From: Planctomycetota bacterium
Lineage (GTDB): Bacteria; Planctomycetota; PLA2; JAEUHO01
Assembly: GCA_965223505.1 (NCBI GenBank)
Contig: CBDCWP010000021.1
Span: 1-64,000 of the forward strand
Direction: 5' to 3'
Length of the DNA: 64,000 nt
Below the pieces are notes generated by a model. It ran no database searches. It worked only from the letters and a program-made list of their open reading frames with translations, and was not told where the DNA came from. Positions 40,322 through 50,369 of the stretch are shown here, in pieces. Positions within the stretch are counted from its first letter, which is position 1. Each line of letters opens with the position of its first letter. A program made the position numbers and the translations under genes.

Positions 40322-41023
40322 CTACGCCAACGTCCCCTTCAGCTCCTCGGCGACCTCCCTGACGCGTCCCTCGTCCGTGCCGCGAACGACCACGCGCACG
40401 TGCCAACAGCCGTCCTCGCACACCGGATACGAACCGATCGCCACGTCCGCGACGCGTTCGCTCAGCTCGGTGAGGCGCGGCGCGATCTCGCCCTCGCGCA
40501 GCGTCGTCGTAACCTCCGTTCGATGCAACGGCTCCGGCCGGAACTCCAACGCGATGCCCTCGATCAGGTCGCGGAACAAGAACGGCACGCCCGGCAACGC
40601 GTACACGCCGCCGATCTCGAACCCGAACGTCCCGGTCTTCACGCCGTCCACGATGCGCGCACCGCGCGGAAACATCGCCATCGACAGCTCGGCGTCGGTG
40701 ACCTTCTCCTTGTAGAAGCCACGAATGCGCAGGTCGGCGCGTTGGTGCCGCTCGAGGTCGACGTCCATTGCGCGCGCGACGGCCGGCCGCGTCATGTCGT
40801 CGTGGGTCGGTCCCAGCCCGCCGGAGATGATCACGGCATCCGCGCGCTTTCGCAGCCGTCCGATCTCGTCGACGATCTCGTCCAGGTCGTCGCGAACGAC
40901 GGACAGGCTCGCGATGTGCACACCGTCCTTGGTCAACCGCTGAATGAGGTGCGGCCCGTTCTCGTCGGTGACCTCACCCGAGAGGATCTCGTCGCCGACG
41001 ATGAGAATGGCTACGGACTTCAC
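40322..41023 (-). CDS. CinA-like molybdopterin-binding domain protein
   Basis: VGDEILSGEVTDEN, SGGLGPTHDD, LPGVP, IGSYP. Confidence 0.9.
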   Translation of the reverse strand: MKSVAILIVGDEILSGEVTDENGPHLIQRLTKDGVHIASLSVVRDDLDEIVDEIGRLRKRADAVIISGGLGPTHDDMTRPAVARAMDVDLERHQRADLRIRGFYKEKVTDAELSMAMFPRGARIVDGVKTGTFGFEIGGVYALPGVPFLFRDLIEGIALEFRPEPLHRTEVTTTLREGEIAPRLTELSERVADVAIGSYPVCEDGCWHVRVVVRGTDEGRVREVAEELKGTLA

Positions 41024-41065
41024 GGCCGGATTGTACGCGCCCCGCATGCGACGAGCGCAGCGTCC

Positions 41066-41740
41066 CTACGCCGGCGACGACGGATCGATCACGCGCCAGC
41101 CGTACTCGCGCCCGATGCGCTCGAAGACGCCGCGATGCCGGTCTCGCGCGCGCTCGTAGGCGAACGCCTCCAACACCACGCTCGTCCCCTCGCCCAGACC
41201 GGCCTCCGTGCGTGCGGCCGTGTTCGACGGATCGAAGGGATAGTAGACGAGCGAACCTTCCTGCGTCGGCGCCAGGGGCTGGTGCGGCGCATCGTCGGGC
41301 GCGATGCGGTACTGGACCTCGAATCCGTTGTCGTGAATGCGATCCGCGCGAAACTCCGGCGGCGGATCGATGTCGATGGTCCGCTTGCCCATCTTGAAGA
41401 TCGCCGCGAACGTCTGCATCGTCGTGCGCTGCAGATAGAAGTCGCGCACGACCTCCTCGGCCTCGCGCCAGAGGCGCGCGACGAGGGCGTCGAGGGCCCG
41501 GTCGTCGCAGATCCGGGTGACGACGTCGACGACCTCCTCGAGGTTCGCCGCGTCGATGGTCTTCATGTTCGGCCGCGTCGCGGGGAGGTCGACGCCCGCG
41601 AGGTCCAGCGCCCACGGAGACGGCAGCTGATACTGCCGTACGGCGTCGTGCGCGATGAACCGCGCGAGCGCTTCTCCCGCGCGCGCGTCCTCGGGTAGCA
41701 CGACCAACAGCGGTTCTTCGTGGGGCAAGGCCTTGGGCAT
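41066..41740 (-). CDS. Hypothetical protein
   Basis: Coding-like codon bias; in operon between methyltransferase and CinA-like genes. Confidence 0.65.
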   Translation of the reverse strand: MPKALPHEEPLLVVLPEDARAGEALARFIAHDAVRQYQLPSPWALDLAGVDLPATRPNMKTIDAANLEEVVDVVTRICDDRALDALVARLWREAEEVVRDFYLQRTTMQTFAAIFKMGKRTIDIDPPPEFRADRIHDNGFEVQYRIAPDDAPHQPLAPTQEGSLVYYPFDPSNTAARTEAGLGEGTSVVLEAFAYERARDRHRGVFERIGREYGWRVIDPSSPA

Positions 41741-41752
41741 GAGCGCAACACG

Positions 41753-42400
41753 CTACAAAGAGACCGCGTAGAGCGTGATCTCTGCCCCTTGCGGCCGCGC
41801 CGGCAGAATCGAGGTCGCGCGTAGCCTGAGGCCGACCGATGCGAGCGCTGCGGCAAAGCCGCCCGCGAACGCGCGCCCCGGATCCGCGATCAACCCGCGC
41901 CCGTCGGCCGAGAGATGGGCGGCCAGGAATCGCGCGACCGCCGGGATGTTGCGCTCCTCGTACAGCACATCCGCGCCGAGCACGATGTCCCAAGGGCCGC
42001 CTTCGACGTCGTCTCGCCAGTCGGCTTCGATGAGCCGGCTCGGCACGACGTCCAGCCGCGCGGCTGAGAGCTCGACGAGCCGCAGGGCGCGCGGCTCCCA
42101 GTCGAGGAAGGCAACCGACGCGCCGCGCCGTGCCGCCGCGAGCCCGGAGGGGCCGGCGCCGCAGCCCAGATCGAGCACCTGCACGCCGTCCAGGCGCGGG
42201 CCGTCCAACAACTGCGCCGCGAGCGCGGCGCCCGACGGCCAGAGGGTTCCGAAGTAGGGCACGCGGTCGTCGTCGCCGTGCTGCGCCGCGGCATCGTCCA
42301 GCGTCGCGTCCGGGTCGGCCAGCACGTAGAGCCCGAAGTCCGGGGCGGTGTCGAGGCTCCGCCATGCGAGCGGGTTTCCGTCGAGATGAGGAATTTCCAT
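41753..42400 (-). CDS. Class I SAM methyltransferase (family 16, putative protein-Lys MTase)
   Basis: PYFGTLWPSG, VLDLGCGAG, DIVLGADVLYE, IADPGR. Confidence 0.88.
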   Translation of the reverse strand: MEIPHLDGNPLAWRSLDTAPDFGLYVLADPDATLDDAAAQHGDDDRVPYFGTLWPSGAALAAQLLDGPRLDGVQVLDLGCGAGPSGLAAARRGASVAFLDWEPRALRLVELSAARLDVVPSRLIEADWRDDVEGGPWDIVLGADVLYEERNIPAVARFLAAHLSADGRGLIADPGRAFAGGFAAALASVGLRLRATSILPARPQGAEITLYAVSL

Positions 42401-42432
42401 ACGGCGCGTTTCTCGGCGATGGTTGGACCATC

Positions 42433-43386
42433 ATGGACTGGCTGATCGTCGACGGACACGAGGACATCGCGATGGCGTTGCTCGAGACGCCGCGGGACTT
42501 CGGCGCGCCCGCGCCCGAAGGGCAGGCGCTGTCGTTGTTCGACGCGAAGCGCGGCGGCGTCGGCCTCATCCTCGGCACCATCTTCGCGACGGAGGGGTAC
42601 TGGGAGGGCTTGAAGCCCCACGATGCCGGCGTGCAGCAGATGGAATGCTACGACCGGCTCCTGGTCGACCACGCGGGCGACCTCTTTCGCGTCGAGAGCA
42701 AGGGCGATCTCGCGCTGTGCCGGCGCGGCGGCCCCATCGGGCTCCTGCATCTGATGGAAGGCGCGGATCCGATCCGCTCGCCGCGCGAGCTGGAGCGTTG
42801 GGTGAACCGCGGTGTTCGCGTGGTCGGCATCGCCTGGAACACGCGCAACCGCTATTGCGGCGCCAAGGGCGACGACCATGGGCTCACGGCCGACGGGCGC
42901 GCGCTGTTCCAAGAGATGCGGCGCCTCAACGTCATCCCCGACATGAGTCACCTGACGCCCGTCGCATTCGACGACGTCATGGCCATGGACGGCGACCTCG
43001 TCGTCGCCAGCCACAGCAACGCCCACGCGCTCCACTCCCATCCGCGCAACCTCACGGACGAGCAGATCCGACGCATCGCCGAGCGAGACGGCCTCGTCGG
43101 CGTCGTGCTCTTCAACCCCTTCCTCAGCCGCAACGGCGCCAGCCTGGAGACCGTCGTCGAGCACATCGATCACATGGTGCAGCTGGTCGGGGCGGAGCAC
43201 GTAGGGATCGGATCCGACCTCGACGGCGGCTTCACGACCGACGACGCGCCGCAGGGAATCGAGACCGTGGCCGACCTGGGCCGCATCGGCGAGGCGCTGC
43301 GCACCCGCGGCTACGCCGACGAGGACATCGAGAAGATTCTCGGCGGCAACTGGATCCGTGTTTTGCGGAGGGCCCTGCCTGGTTGA
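42433..43386 (+). CDS. Membrane dipeptidase family (M19) peptidase
   Basis: DGHED, MEGAD, DMSH, SHSN..HPRN, GIGSDLDG, GGNW. Confidence 0.92.
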   Translation: MDWLIVDGHEDIAMALLETPRDFGAPAPEGQALSLFDAKRGGVGLILGTIFATEGYWEGLKPHDAGVQQMECYDRLLVDHAGDLFRVESKGDLALCRRGGPIGLLHLMEGADPIRSPRELERWVNRGVRVVGIAWNTRNRYCGAKGDDHGLTADGRALFQEMRRLNVIPDMSHLTPVAFDDVMAMDGDLVVASHSNAHALHSHPRNLTDEQIRRIAERDGLVGVVLFNPFLSRNGASLETVVEHIDHMVQLVGAEHVGIGSDLDGGFTTDDAPQGIETVADLGRIGEALRTRGYADEDIEKILGGNWIRVLRRALPG

Positions 43387-43406
43387 GTATCGTGCCCATC
43401 CAACGC

Positions 43407-44345
43407 ATGGGACGTCGACGCATCACGGGCCGCTTCCTCGCTATCGCCGCGCTCGCGGGACTCCTGACCGGCTGTGGCGAGGACGACGTCTCGCACGGGA
43501 TCGAGGGCGTCGGACTGAAGAACCGGCCCACCGGTGATCCGATCGAGGTCGCGTATGCGATCGAGGCCGGCGAGTCGTGGTCGCTCGAATTCGAGCTGGA
43601 CGTGTCGGTCTACGTCGAGACGAACGAAGGGGGCAAGATCAAGCGCAACGACCTCGAGGGACGCATGATCGGCTCGGTCGTACAGCGTCATCGGTGGGAC
43701 GAGACGCAGGGCCGGGCGTTCGGCGACGTCGAGGTGCGGTTCCAGCGCATCGAGGGCAACGGCGAGGTGCACGACACCGAGCAGGCGGCCGCCGCCGGGA
43801 CGTTTCACTACGCGCCCAGCGGTCGGCCGGAGCGCGGATCGCTCGAGGTCGAGCAGAACAGCCGCAACGAAGGCTGGAAGGTGCTGCATTCCGAGTACCT
43901 CGCCGGCTTCGGCGGCAGTCCGTCGTGGCTGCCGGACCGTGCCGTGCGCGTGGGCGAGTCGTGGCCTGCCGAGACGGTGATGGACCACGACGCGCTTCGC
44001 CGGATCTTGAAGGCGCACGCGTTCCCCGGTGCGCGGCTGCCGGACCTTACGTTCGACGGCGAGGTGCGGCTCGAGCGCGTGTTCCAGGAAGACGGCGAGA
44101 CCCGCCTCGAGCTGCGCATCGACGCGCTCGTGGAGCGCAAGGGCCGCATCAGCCACGGACGGTCCAGCGGGCGGATCGCGATGGGCCATCGGATCGAGGG
44201 AACCGCGGTGATCTCGAAGCGTACCGGCTTGCCCGTCCGGATCGACGTCGTGCAGACGGGCACGACCGACATGAAGTCGCCCCAGGAGACCGCCGAGCAG
44301 CGCTCCCGGCTCACGTTCAAGGCCCGCGCGCGGCCCGGTCGATAG
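43407..44345 (+). CDS. Lipoprotein of unknown function
   Basis: Lipobox LTGC after hydrophobic signal; beta-rich body with VRVGESW. Confidence 0.7.
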   Translation: MGRRRITGRFLAIAALAGLLTGCGEDDVSHGIEGVGLKNRPTGDPIEVAYAIEAGESWSLEFELDVSVYVETNEGGKIKRNDLEGRMIGSVVQRHRWDETQGRAFGDVEVRFQRIEGNGEVHDTEQAAAAGTFHYAPSGRPERGSLEVEQNSRNEGWKVLHSEYLAGFGGSPSWLPDRAVRVGESWPAETVMDHDALRRILKAHAFPGARLPDLTFDGEVRLERVFQEDGETRLELRIDALVERKGRISHGRSSGRIAMGHRIEGTAVISKRTGLPVRIDVVQTGTTDMKSPQETAEQRSRLTFKARARPGR

Positions 44346-44354
44346 GATCGCTCC

Positions 44355-45284
44355 ATGAGCAGCAACGGAGACGCCGCCGCTGAACCTGCCGTTCGCTTCG
44401 AGAACGTGACGAAGCGGTTCGGGGACTTCGTCGCCGTCGACGGCATCTCTTTCTCGGTCCCGCGCGGCAGCCTGTTCGGGATCCTCGGCTCCAACGGCGC
44501 CGGCAAGACCACCTCGATCCGCATGCTCATGAACATCTTTCGCTGCGACGAGGGCACGGTGGAGGTCCTCGGCAGTCGCGTGAGCGACGAGCTCAAGCCG
44601 CGCATCGGCTACCTGCCGGAAGAGCGCGGGCTCTACAAGAAGATGCGTGTCGGCGAGATGCTGCGGTTCTTCGGACACATCAAGGGGCGCAGCTCACAGG
44701 ACCTCGAACCGCGCATCGACCGCTGGCTCGACTACCTCGGTCTGGGCGGCTGGAAGAACCGCCGGGTCGAAGAGCTCAGCAAGGGCATGTCGCAGAAGCT
44801 GCAGTTCGCCGTGACCGTCGTTCACGCGCCCGACCTACTGGTGCTCGACGAGCCGTTCGCCGGGCTCGATCCGGTGAACCGGGACGTGCTGCGCGACGCC
44901 GTCCTGTCGCTGCATCGCGAAGGAACGACGGTCGTCTTCTCGACGCACGTGATGGAGCAAGCCGAGCAGCTGTGCCGCGAGCTCGTGCTCATTCATCGCG
45001 GCAAGATCCGGGTTGGCGGCAGTCTCGACCAGGTGCGCGCGTCGGAGGGTCGCCAGGCGGCGCATGTGCGCTACCAGCTCGAGCCCGGCAAGGATCTGGA
45101 CGACCTGCCCGGCGTCACGCACATCGCCGACCACGGCAACGAGGCGGAGCTCACGCTCGAGGAGGGCTGTGACGCCAACGCGTTGCTGCGCGCGTTGATG
45201 GAGCGCGCGGTCATCACCGGGTTCGACCTTCGCGAGCCGAGCCTGCACGAGATCTTCAAGCGCATGGTCGGGGAGGACGCATGA
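44355..45284 (+). CDS. ABC-2 exporter ATP-binding protein (NatA/YhaQ-like)
   Basis: GSNGAGKT, GYLPEERGLY, LSKGMSQK, LDEPF.GLDP, EPSLHEIF. Confidence 0.93.
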   Translation: MSSNGDAAAEPAVRFENVTKRFGDFVAVDGISFSVPRGSLFGILGSNGAGKTTSIRMLMNIFRCDEGTVEVLGSRVSDELKPRIGYLPEERGLYKKMRVGEMLRFFGHIKGRSSQDLEPRIDRWLDYLGLGGWKNRRVEELSKGMSQKLQFAVTVVHAPDLLVLDEPFAGLDPVNRDVLRDAVLSLHREGTTVVFSTHVMEQAEQLCRELVLIHRGKIRVGGSLDQVRASEGRQAAHVRYQLEPGKDLDDLPGVTHIADHGNEAELTLEEGCDANALLRALMERAVITGFDLREPSLHEIFKRMVGEDA

Positions 45285-46540
45285 GCCGCATTTGGTGCGT
45301 CATCAAGCGCGAGTACCTGGAAAACGTGCGCACGAAGGCGTTCCTCATCGGTCTCGTGCTGACACCGATCTGGATGGGCCTCATCTTCGTGGTGCCCGCG
45401 TTGGCCGGCAGCGCGGAGGTCAAGGCTGTCGAGGTGGTGATCGTGGACGAGACCGGGGTCCTGCTCGGACCGTTGACGCAGGACCTCGAGCGCTACGAGT
45501 CGTACGAGATCCGGACGCTCGACCCGGAGACGGCTTGGGACGAGGACGACTACGGCATCTCCGAGATCGACGCGTTGGAGCTTCGGGCCGGCGCGGGCGA
45601 GCTCTTCGCGGTGATCCTGACCACGCCGCTGCTCGAGAAGCGCGAGCCTGGTCCCGACGAGAGGGCGTATCGCATTCTCGGTCCCAGCGGCCTCTCGGCG
45701 CGCGCGGAGGTCGCCCCGCGGCTGTCCGCCGCCGTCGACCGGGTCGTCAACGCGCACATCATCGATCAGCGCGACATCGACGAGGAAGACGCGAAGCTGC
45801 TGCAACGGCGCGGCATCGAGTACGTCCCGCTCGACGCCGAGGGCGAGGCGGCCAGCGACGTCAGCATGGTCACGCCAATCATGTTCATGATGCTGCTCTT
45901 CATGGGCATCGTGGGCATCAGCCAGATGCTCATCAGCAGTACGCTCGAGGAGAAGAGCAACCGCGTCTTCGAGGTGCTGCTGTCGTCGCTGAGCCCGTTC
46001 CAGTTGATGGTCGGGAAGATCCTCGGTATCTGCGGCGTGGGACTCACGCTGATGCTGCTCTGGTCGGGCGGCGGATTGCTCGCGGCGGCGGGCGCCGGAT
46101 TGGACGGCATCGTGAGCGCCCGGCAGGTCGGCTGGTTCCTGGTGTACTACTTCCTCGGCTTCCTGATGATCTCGAGCCTGATGGTCGCCGTCGGCAGCGC
46201 CTGCAACACGCTGAAGGAAGCGCAGAACCTGATGGCGCCGATCTCGATGCTGTTGGCGATGCCGCTCTTGCTGTCGATCGTCATCCTGCGCGACCCCAAC
46301 AGCAGTCTCGCCGTGGGTCTGTCGTTCGTTCCGCCGTTTACGCCGTTCATCATGATGACGCGGCTGGCGAGCGTCCCTGGACCGCCTGCGTGGCAGATGT
46401 GGGCCACGCTCCTGGCCCTCGTGCTCGGCACGTACCTCGCGTTCGTCGCCGCCGGACGGGTGTTCCGGGTGGGCATCCTGCTCTACGGCCAGCCGCCCAA
46501 GCTCTCCCAGATCTGGCGCTGGATGTCGTCGCGCGACTAG
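45281..46540 (+). CDS. ABC-2 exporter permease (NatB/YhaP-like)
   Basis: KREYLENVRTKAF, EEKSNRVFEVLLSS, GKILG, six TM helices; ATGA-coupled. Confidence 0.92.
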   Translation: MSRIWCVIKREYLENVRTKAFLIGLVLTPIWMGLIFVVPALAGSAEVKAVEVVIVDETGVLLGPLTQDLERYESYEIRTLDPETAWDEDDYGISEIDALELRAGAGELFAVILTTPLLEKREPGPDERAYRILGPSGLSARAEVAPRLSAAVDRVVNAHIIDQRDIDEEDAKLLQRRGIEYVPLDAEGEAASDVSMVTPIMFMMLLFMGIVGISQMLISSTLEEKSNRVFEVLLSSLSPFQLMVGKILGICGVGLTLMLLWSGGGLLAAAGAGLDGIVSARQVGWFLVYYFLGFLMISSLMVAVGSACNTLKEAQNLMAPISMLLAMPLLLSIVILRDPNSSLAVGLSFVPPFTPFIMMTRLASVPGPPAWQMWATLLALVLGTYLAFVAAGRVFRVGILLYGQPPKLSQIWRWMSSRD

Positions 46541-46563
46541 CGGGCGCCGAGCAGCCGGCGAGC

Positions 46564-47496
46564 CTAGCGGGTGGGATGGAAGAGGCGGTCGCAGATCTCC
46601 GCGGCGATCTCGCGGTCGGACTCCGCCAGTCGCGCCTCGTTGCGAAGCGCCGTGTTCTCCCCTTCGACGCGCGCGCGCTCGCCCGGTGACAGGTCTTCGG
46701 ACGTGAGTCGACGCAGGTGATCGACGTGTGAACGCACGTTCTTGCGCACGGTCGGATGCTCGTAGATGCCGCGCAACCAACGGCCGAGGATCGGACGGCC
46801 CCGCCACAGGTCGCCGCAGCGGTCGATGTAGTCGATCGCGGCTTCTTCGCAGTCGAGACCCTTGTAGTGGGTGCCGCGGTACGTGGGCACGTCGCTGAAG
46901 ATGTCGGAGTCGGTCAGACGCGCGACGAGGAACAGGTTCTCGAAGATCGCGCGACGGAACGCGTTCACCGAGCGGGTGAACTCGCCGCGGTAGAAGTACG
47001 CGAGGCCGAGGTTGTAGAGCGCGTCCGGATCGTCGCCGACGAGCTGCCATTCGCGAATGGCACGGTCGAGCTCCCCCATCCGGAAGTACGTCTCGCCGAG
47101 CAGGAAGCGCACGTCGAGCGGGTCGGTCGTCGCGAGCCTGAGCAGCTTGCGGAACTTGCGCGCGGCCTCGTCGTAGCGGCCGAGCCAGAACAAACAGAGG
47201 CCCCGGCCATGAAGCGCGCGCAGGTACGGCCGCGTCGTCGTGTCGGACCACCAGCGGTAGCGGCGGCTGGTCAGATCCAGGTGCCGGCGCGCGAAGCGTT
47301 GTGCGCGGCGGAAGTCGCGGTCGGCCCGCTCGAGACGGCCCATGTCGTAGCAGGCCTTGCCCCGGCCGCACCACGCGTCCGCGTTGTCGGGCTCGAGCTC
47401 GAGCGCGCGGTCGTACCACTGGAGCGCCTCTTCAGGCTCTCCGCGTTCGAGGTGCTTGGCGCCCATCCGGCACAGGCGAGTGACTTCTTCCGACAT
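46564..47496 (-). CDS. TPR-repeat protein
   Basis: ALQWYDRALELEPDNADAW, TRPYLRALHGRG, ALYNLGLAYF. Confidence 0.85.
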   Translation of the reverse strand: MSEEVTRLCRMGAKHLERGEPEEALQWYDRALELEPDNADAWCGRGKACYDMGRLERADRDFRRAQRFARRHLDLTSRRYRWWSDTTTRPYLRALHGRGLCLFWLGRYDEAARKFRKLLRLATTDPLDVRFLLGETYFRMGELDRAIREWQLVGDDPDALYNLGLAYFYRGEFTRSVNAFRRAIFENLFLVARLTDSDIFSDVPTYRGTHYKGLDCEEAAIDYIDRCGDLWRGRPILGRWLRGIYEHPTVRKNVRSHVDHLRRLTSEDLSPGERARVEGENTALRNEARLAESDREIAAEICDRLFHPTR

Positions 47497-47552
47497 GGGC
47501 GAAGTGTACCAATGCCGGACGGTCGGGCGCCTTCGGTGCACAATGTCCGGGC

Positions 47553-47987
47553 ATGCGACGAAGGCCTCCGATCCTGTTGATCCTCGTGGTCGTGGCCGGG
47601 CTCACGGTCGCCATCGAGCGGCTCATCGTGACCGACGCGGAGGCGCTCGAGCAGTGGGCGGAGGACGCCGGCGAAGCGGCGTCGGACGTGGACCTCGAGC
47701 GGCTGCGGGCGCTCATGGCGGACGAGGTGACCTTCCAGCACCGGGACCTGGACGCGACCATGGAGCACCTGGGCGGGCAGCTCCGCAAGTACGCGCCCCG
47801 CAACGTCGCCGTGGAGCTACGGCAGATCGAGGTGCACGGGGACGTGGCCCACTCCGACGCCCGAATCAGCTGCGTGGTGGTCGGACGGCCGGTTCGTCTG
47901 GCCGCGAAGCTGCATTTCCAGCGGGCGGACGGCGTTTGGCGGCTGTCCAAGGTCGAAAACGTGACGCAAGCGGGCCTCGCCCGCTGA
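47553..47987 (+). CDS. Membrane-anchored NTF2-like protein
   Basis: N-terminal TM, IVTDAE, IEVHGDVA, FQRADGVWRL. Confidence 0.65.
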   Translation: MRRRPPILLILVVVAGLTVAIERLIVTDAEALEQWAEDAGEAASDVDLERLRALMADEVTFQHRDLDATMEHLGGQLRKYAPRNVAVELRQIEVHGDVAHSDARISCVVVGRPVRLAAKLHFQRADGVWRLSKVENVTQAGLAR

Positions 47988-48069
47988 AATCCGGGCTCCG
48001 CGACCCGCTGGTAGTGCGTAGCAAGTGTTCAGGATGCGTTCCGACGAGGTCGATAGGGCTGCTGCCGTC

Positions 48070-48732
48070 GTGAGCCAAGAACTCGCCATTCTCTTCGAGA
48101 TCCTGCTACCGGACTCGCTCGAGCCGTTGCTCAGCGAGGCCGTGGACTGCACCGTCACGCGCGAAGGCCGCGACGGGCGCCACAACGTGACGGCCTCGGG
48201 CGTCTTCGAGGGCGGGCTCACGGCCGACCTCTTCGGCCTTGCGCGCAGCCAGGCGCTCAACGGCGCGCTCGTGGTCGCGGCGCCGGACGCGAAGCGGGTC
48301 TTGTACTTCCGCAAGGGCGTCGTCGTCGGCGCGCGCAGCAATCTGGCGGAGGAGCGGTTGGGGCAGATCCTGCTCTCCGCGGACCTCGTTTCGTTGGACG
48401 AGGCGCAGCAGATCATCGACGCGGAGAACCACTACGGCATCGGCGCGGCGCTCGAGATGGTCTCCGCGGAGGCCGCCCAGTGGGGCATGGAGCGGCGTGT
48501 CTGGGAGATGGCGACGGGCCTGTTCTTCGTCGAGGGCGGTCACTACGTGTTGGTCGAGGGCGAGCCGGTGTTGGAAGGCGTGCTCGAGGTCGGCTTCCAG
48601 CCGATGCAGCTGTCAATGGACGGCATGCGGCGCGTGGACGAGCACCGCAACTTCCTAGCGCAGCAAGAAGCCTCGGGCAAGAAGAAGAAGCGCGGGTTCT
48701 TCAAACGCAAGCAGGCCGCAGAGGCGTCGTAG
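48070..48732 (+). CDS. DUF4388/PATAN-like domain protein
   Basis: G.LT.DLF..NGALVV..LYFRKG.VVGARSN..RLGQIL..MDGMRRVDE; start uncertain. Confidence 0.7.
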   Translation: MSQELAILFEILLPDSLEPLLSEAVDCTVTREGRDGRHNVTASGVFEGGLTADLFGLARSQALNGALVVAAPDAKRVLYFRKGVVVGARSNLAEERLGQILLSADLVSLDEAQQIIDAENHYGIGAALEMVSAEAAQWGMERRVWEMATGLFFVEGGHYVLVEGEPVLEGVLEVGFQPMQLSMDGMRRVDEHRNFLAQQEASGKKKKRGFFKRKQAAEAS

Positions 48733-48747
48733 CGCGGCTCCGCTTCC

Positions 48748-50340
48748 CTACTTCAGCACGATCCACGCGCTCGGCTTGCCCTGCTTGCCGCCGACGATCG
48801 CGCGGACGCGCCAACGGAACGCCTGCGTCGCCGACGTGTCCATGCGCTCGAGCTCAAGCGTGACCGCCGTCGTCTTCGCCGGCTTGCGCGCGCTCGGAAG
48901 CCACGTTCCGCCCGCGCCGGCCTCCTCGACCTCCAGAAGGTACGCTGTCGCGCCCTTCACGGCACGCCAGCTGAACCCGACCGGCACCACCGCGTCCCCC
49001 GGTAGCTCCGTGCCGGCGCCCGGCGCGATCGGCTTCGGCGCGCCCGTCGAGGCCGTCGTCGCACCACCCGCCGCGCGCGGCGCCGGGGCCGGCGCGGACG
49101 CGGGTTCGCGACGCGGCGCCCCACCCGTCGGCGGTCCCGCCTTCGGCAGCTCGCCCGGACCGATCCAGATGCGCACGAGCCCGCCCTTCGGAACCCGCTT
49201 GCCGCCCGCCGGCTGCTGATCCACCACGCGCCCGGGCAACCCGGTGCGCGCCTTCTCGATCTGCGGCTCGAGGCCGAGGTCCTCCAAGATGCGCTCCGCC
49301 TGCAAGTACGTACGGTCCAGCAGATTCGGCACGTCGACATCGCGGACGTACACCGCCGGCGCCATCGGCGTCTCGGCGTCGTAGTCGCCGCCCGCGGTGA
49401 CGACCACCTTCACGACCCCGCGCGCGCCAGGCTCGGTGCCCGGCGCCGGCTCCTGACGCAGTACGCGTCCCACCGGATGTCCGGCGACACGCTCGACGTA
49501 GAGAATCATGTTCGCGTCGCGTGTGAGCTGCTCGGCGTCGTTCAGATCCAGGCCCAACAGCTCCGGCACGCGGCCCACTTCGACCGTCGCGGCACGCGGC
49601 GCATCCGGAGAGCCGATCTCCTCGGCGGGTCCCTCGCCCGTCGCGTCCGCGTTGATGTCGTCGAGCCACGGGTTGCGATCCGGCAGCGCCGCGTCGGCGG
49701 CGGCGGGTTCGGGCGCGGCCGGCGCGTCTTGCGACGGCGGCGACGTGACCGCCGGGGGATCGTTGCCGAGCGGCACCGCCGGCGGCGGCGCTGCGTGCTC
49801 GGGCACGTCGGCGACGCCCCCCGCATCGGCGGGCGCGGGCGCCGCCGTCCCGGCGTCGCGCTTGGAGCCGGCGTTCGGAATCGGCTGCACGTTCAGGTTG
49901 CGGAAGCGCGGATCGCGCGGCAGGCGTCCGTCCTCTTCGGCCAGAACGATCAGGTCGATCGCGCTCCCGCGTGGCAGCGTGCGACCGGGACTGGGGCTCT
50001 GGATGAAGACCTCGTCGATCTGCATGCCGACCGAGAGCGCCAAGGCGCGTTTGTCGCGCGGGTAGTACTTGATGTAGTACGCGTAGATGCGCTCACGCGA
50101 CATCTCATAGACGTTGCCGACGCGGAACCCGACCCGGCCCAGGACGGCGCGCGCCTTGTCGAGCGGCTGGTTCTGCACCGCGGGCACCACCACGGTGCGG
50201 GAGAGGGGCGCGCCCTTCTTGGCGCCGGCTTCTTCGTCCCCGTGCGCAGCTTGGCCCGCCAGAAAAACCAGCGCGCAGGCAAGGGACGCAGCCGCGCGCA
50301 CCCACCGTTCGCGCCCAGTGCCTGCACCCCAGCCGTCCAT
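48748..50340 (-). CDS. Exported protein with three PASTA domains and C-terminal Fn3/Ig-like domain
   Basis: VPAVQNQPL..A, VPELLGLDL..A..QEPAPG, VPNLLDRT..A..QQPAGG; FSWRAV.GA..Y..WRVRA. Confidence 0.8.
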   Translation of the reverse strand: MDGWGAGTGRERWVRAAASLACALVFLAGQAAHGDEEAGAKKGAPLSRTVVVPAVQNQPLDKARAVLGRVGFRVGNVYEMSRERIYAYYIKYYPRDKRALALSVGMQIDEVFIQSPSPGRTLPRGSAIDLIVLAEEDGRLPRDPRFRNLNVQPIPNAGSKRDAGTAAPAPADAGGVADVPEHAAPPPAVPLGNDPPAVTSPPSQDAPAAPEPAAADAALPDRNPWLDDINADATGEGPAEEIGSPDAPRAATVEVGRVPELLGLDLNDAEQLTRDANMILYVERVAGHPVGRVLRQEPAPGTEPGARGVVKVVVTAGGDYDAETPMAPAVYVRDVDVPNLLDRTYLQAERILEDLGLEPQIEKARTGLPGRVVDQQPAGGKRVPKGGLVRIWIGPGELPKAGPPTGGAPRREPASAPAPAPRAAGGATTASTGAPKPIAPGAGTELPGDAVVPVGFSWRAVKGATAYLLEVEEAGAGGTWLPSARKPAKTTAVTLELERMDTSATQAFRWRVRAIVGGKQGKPSAWIVLK

Positions 50341-50369
50341 CGACCCAGTGTACGCACGAAGCGCGCGGA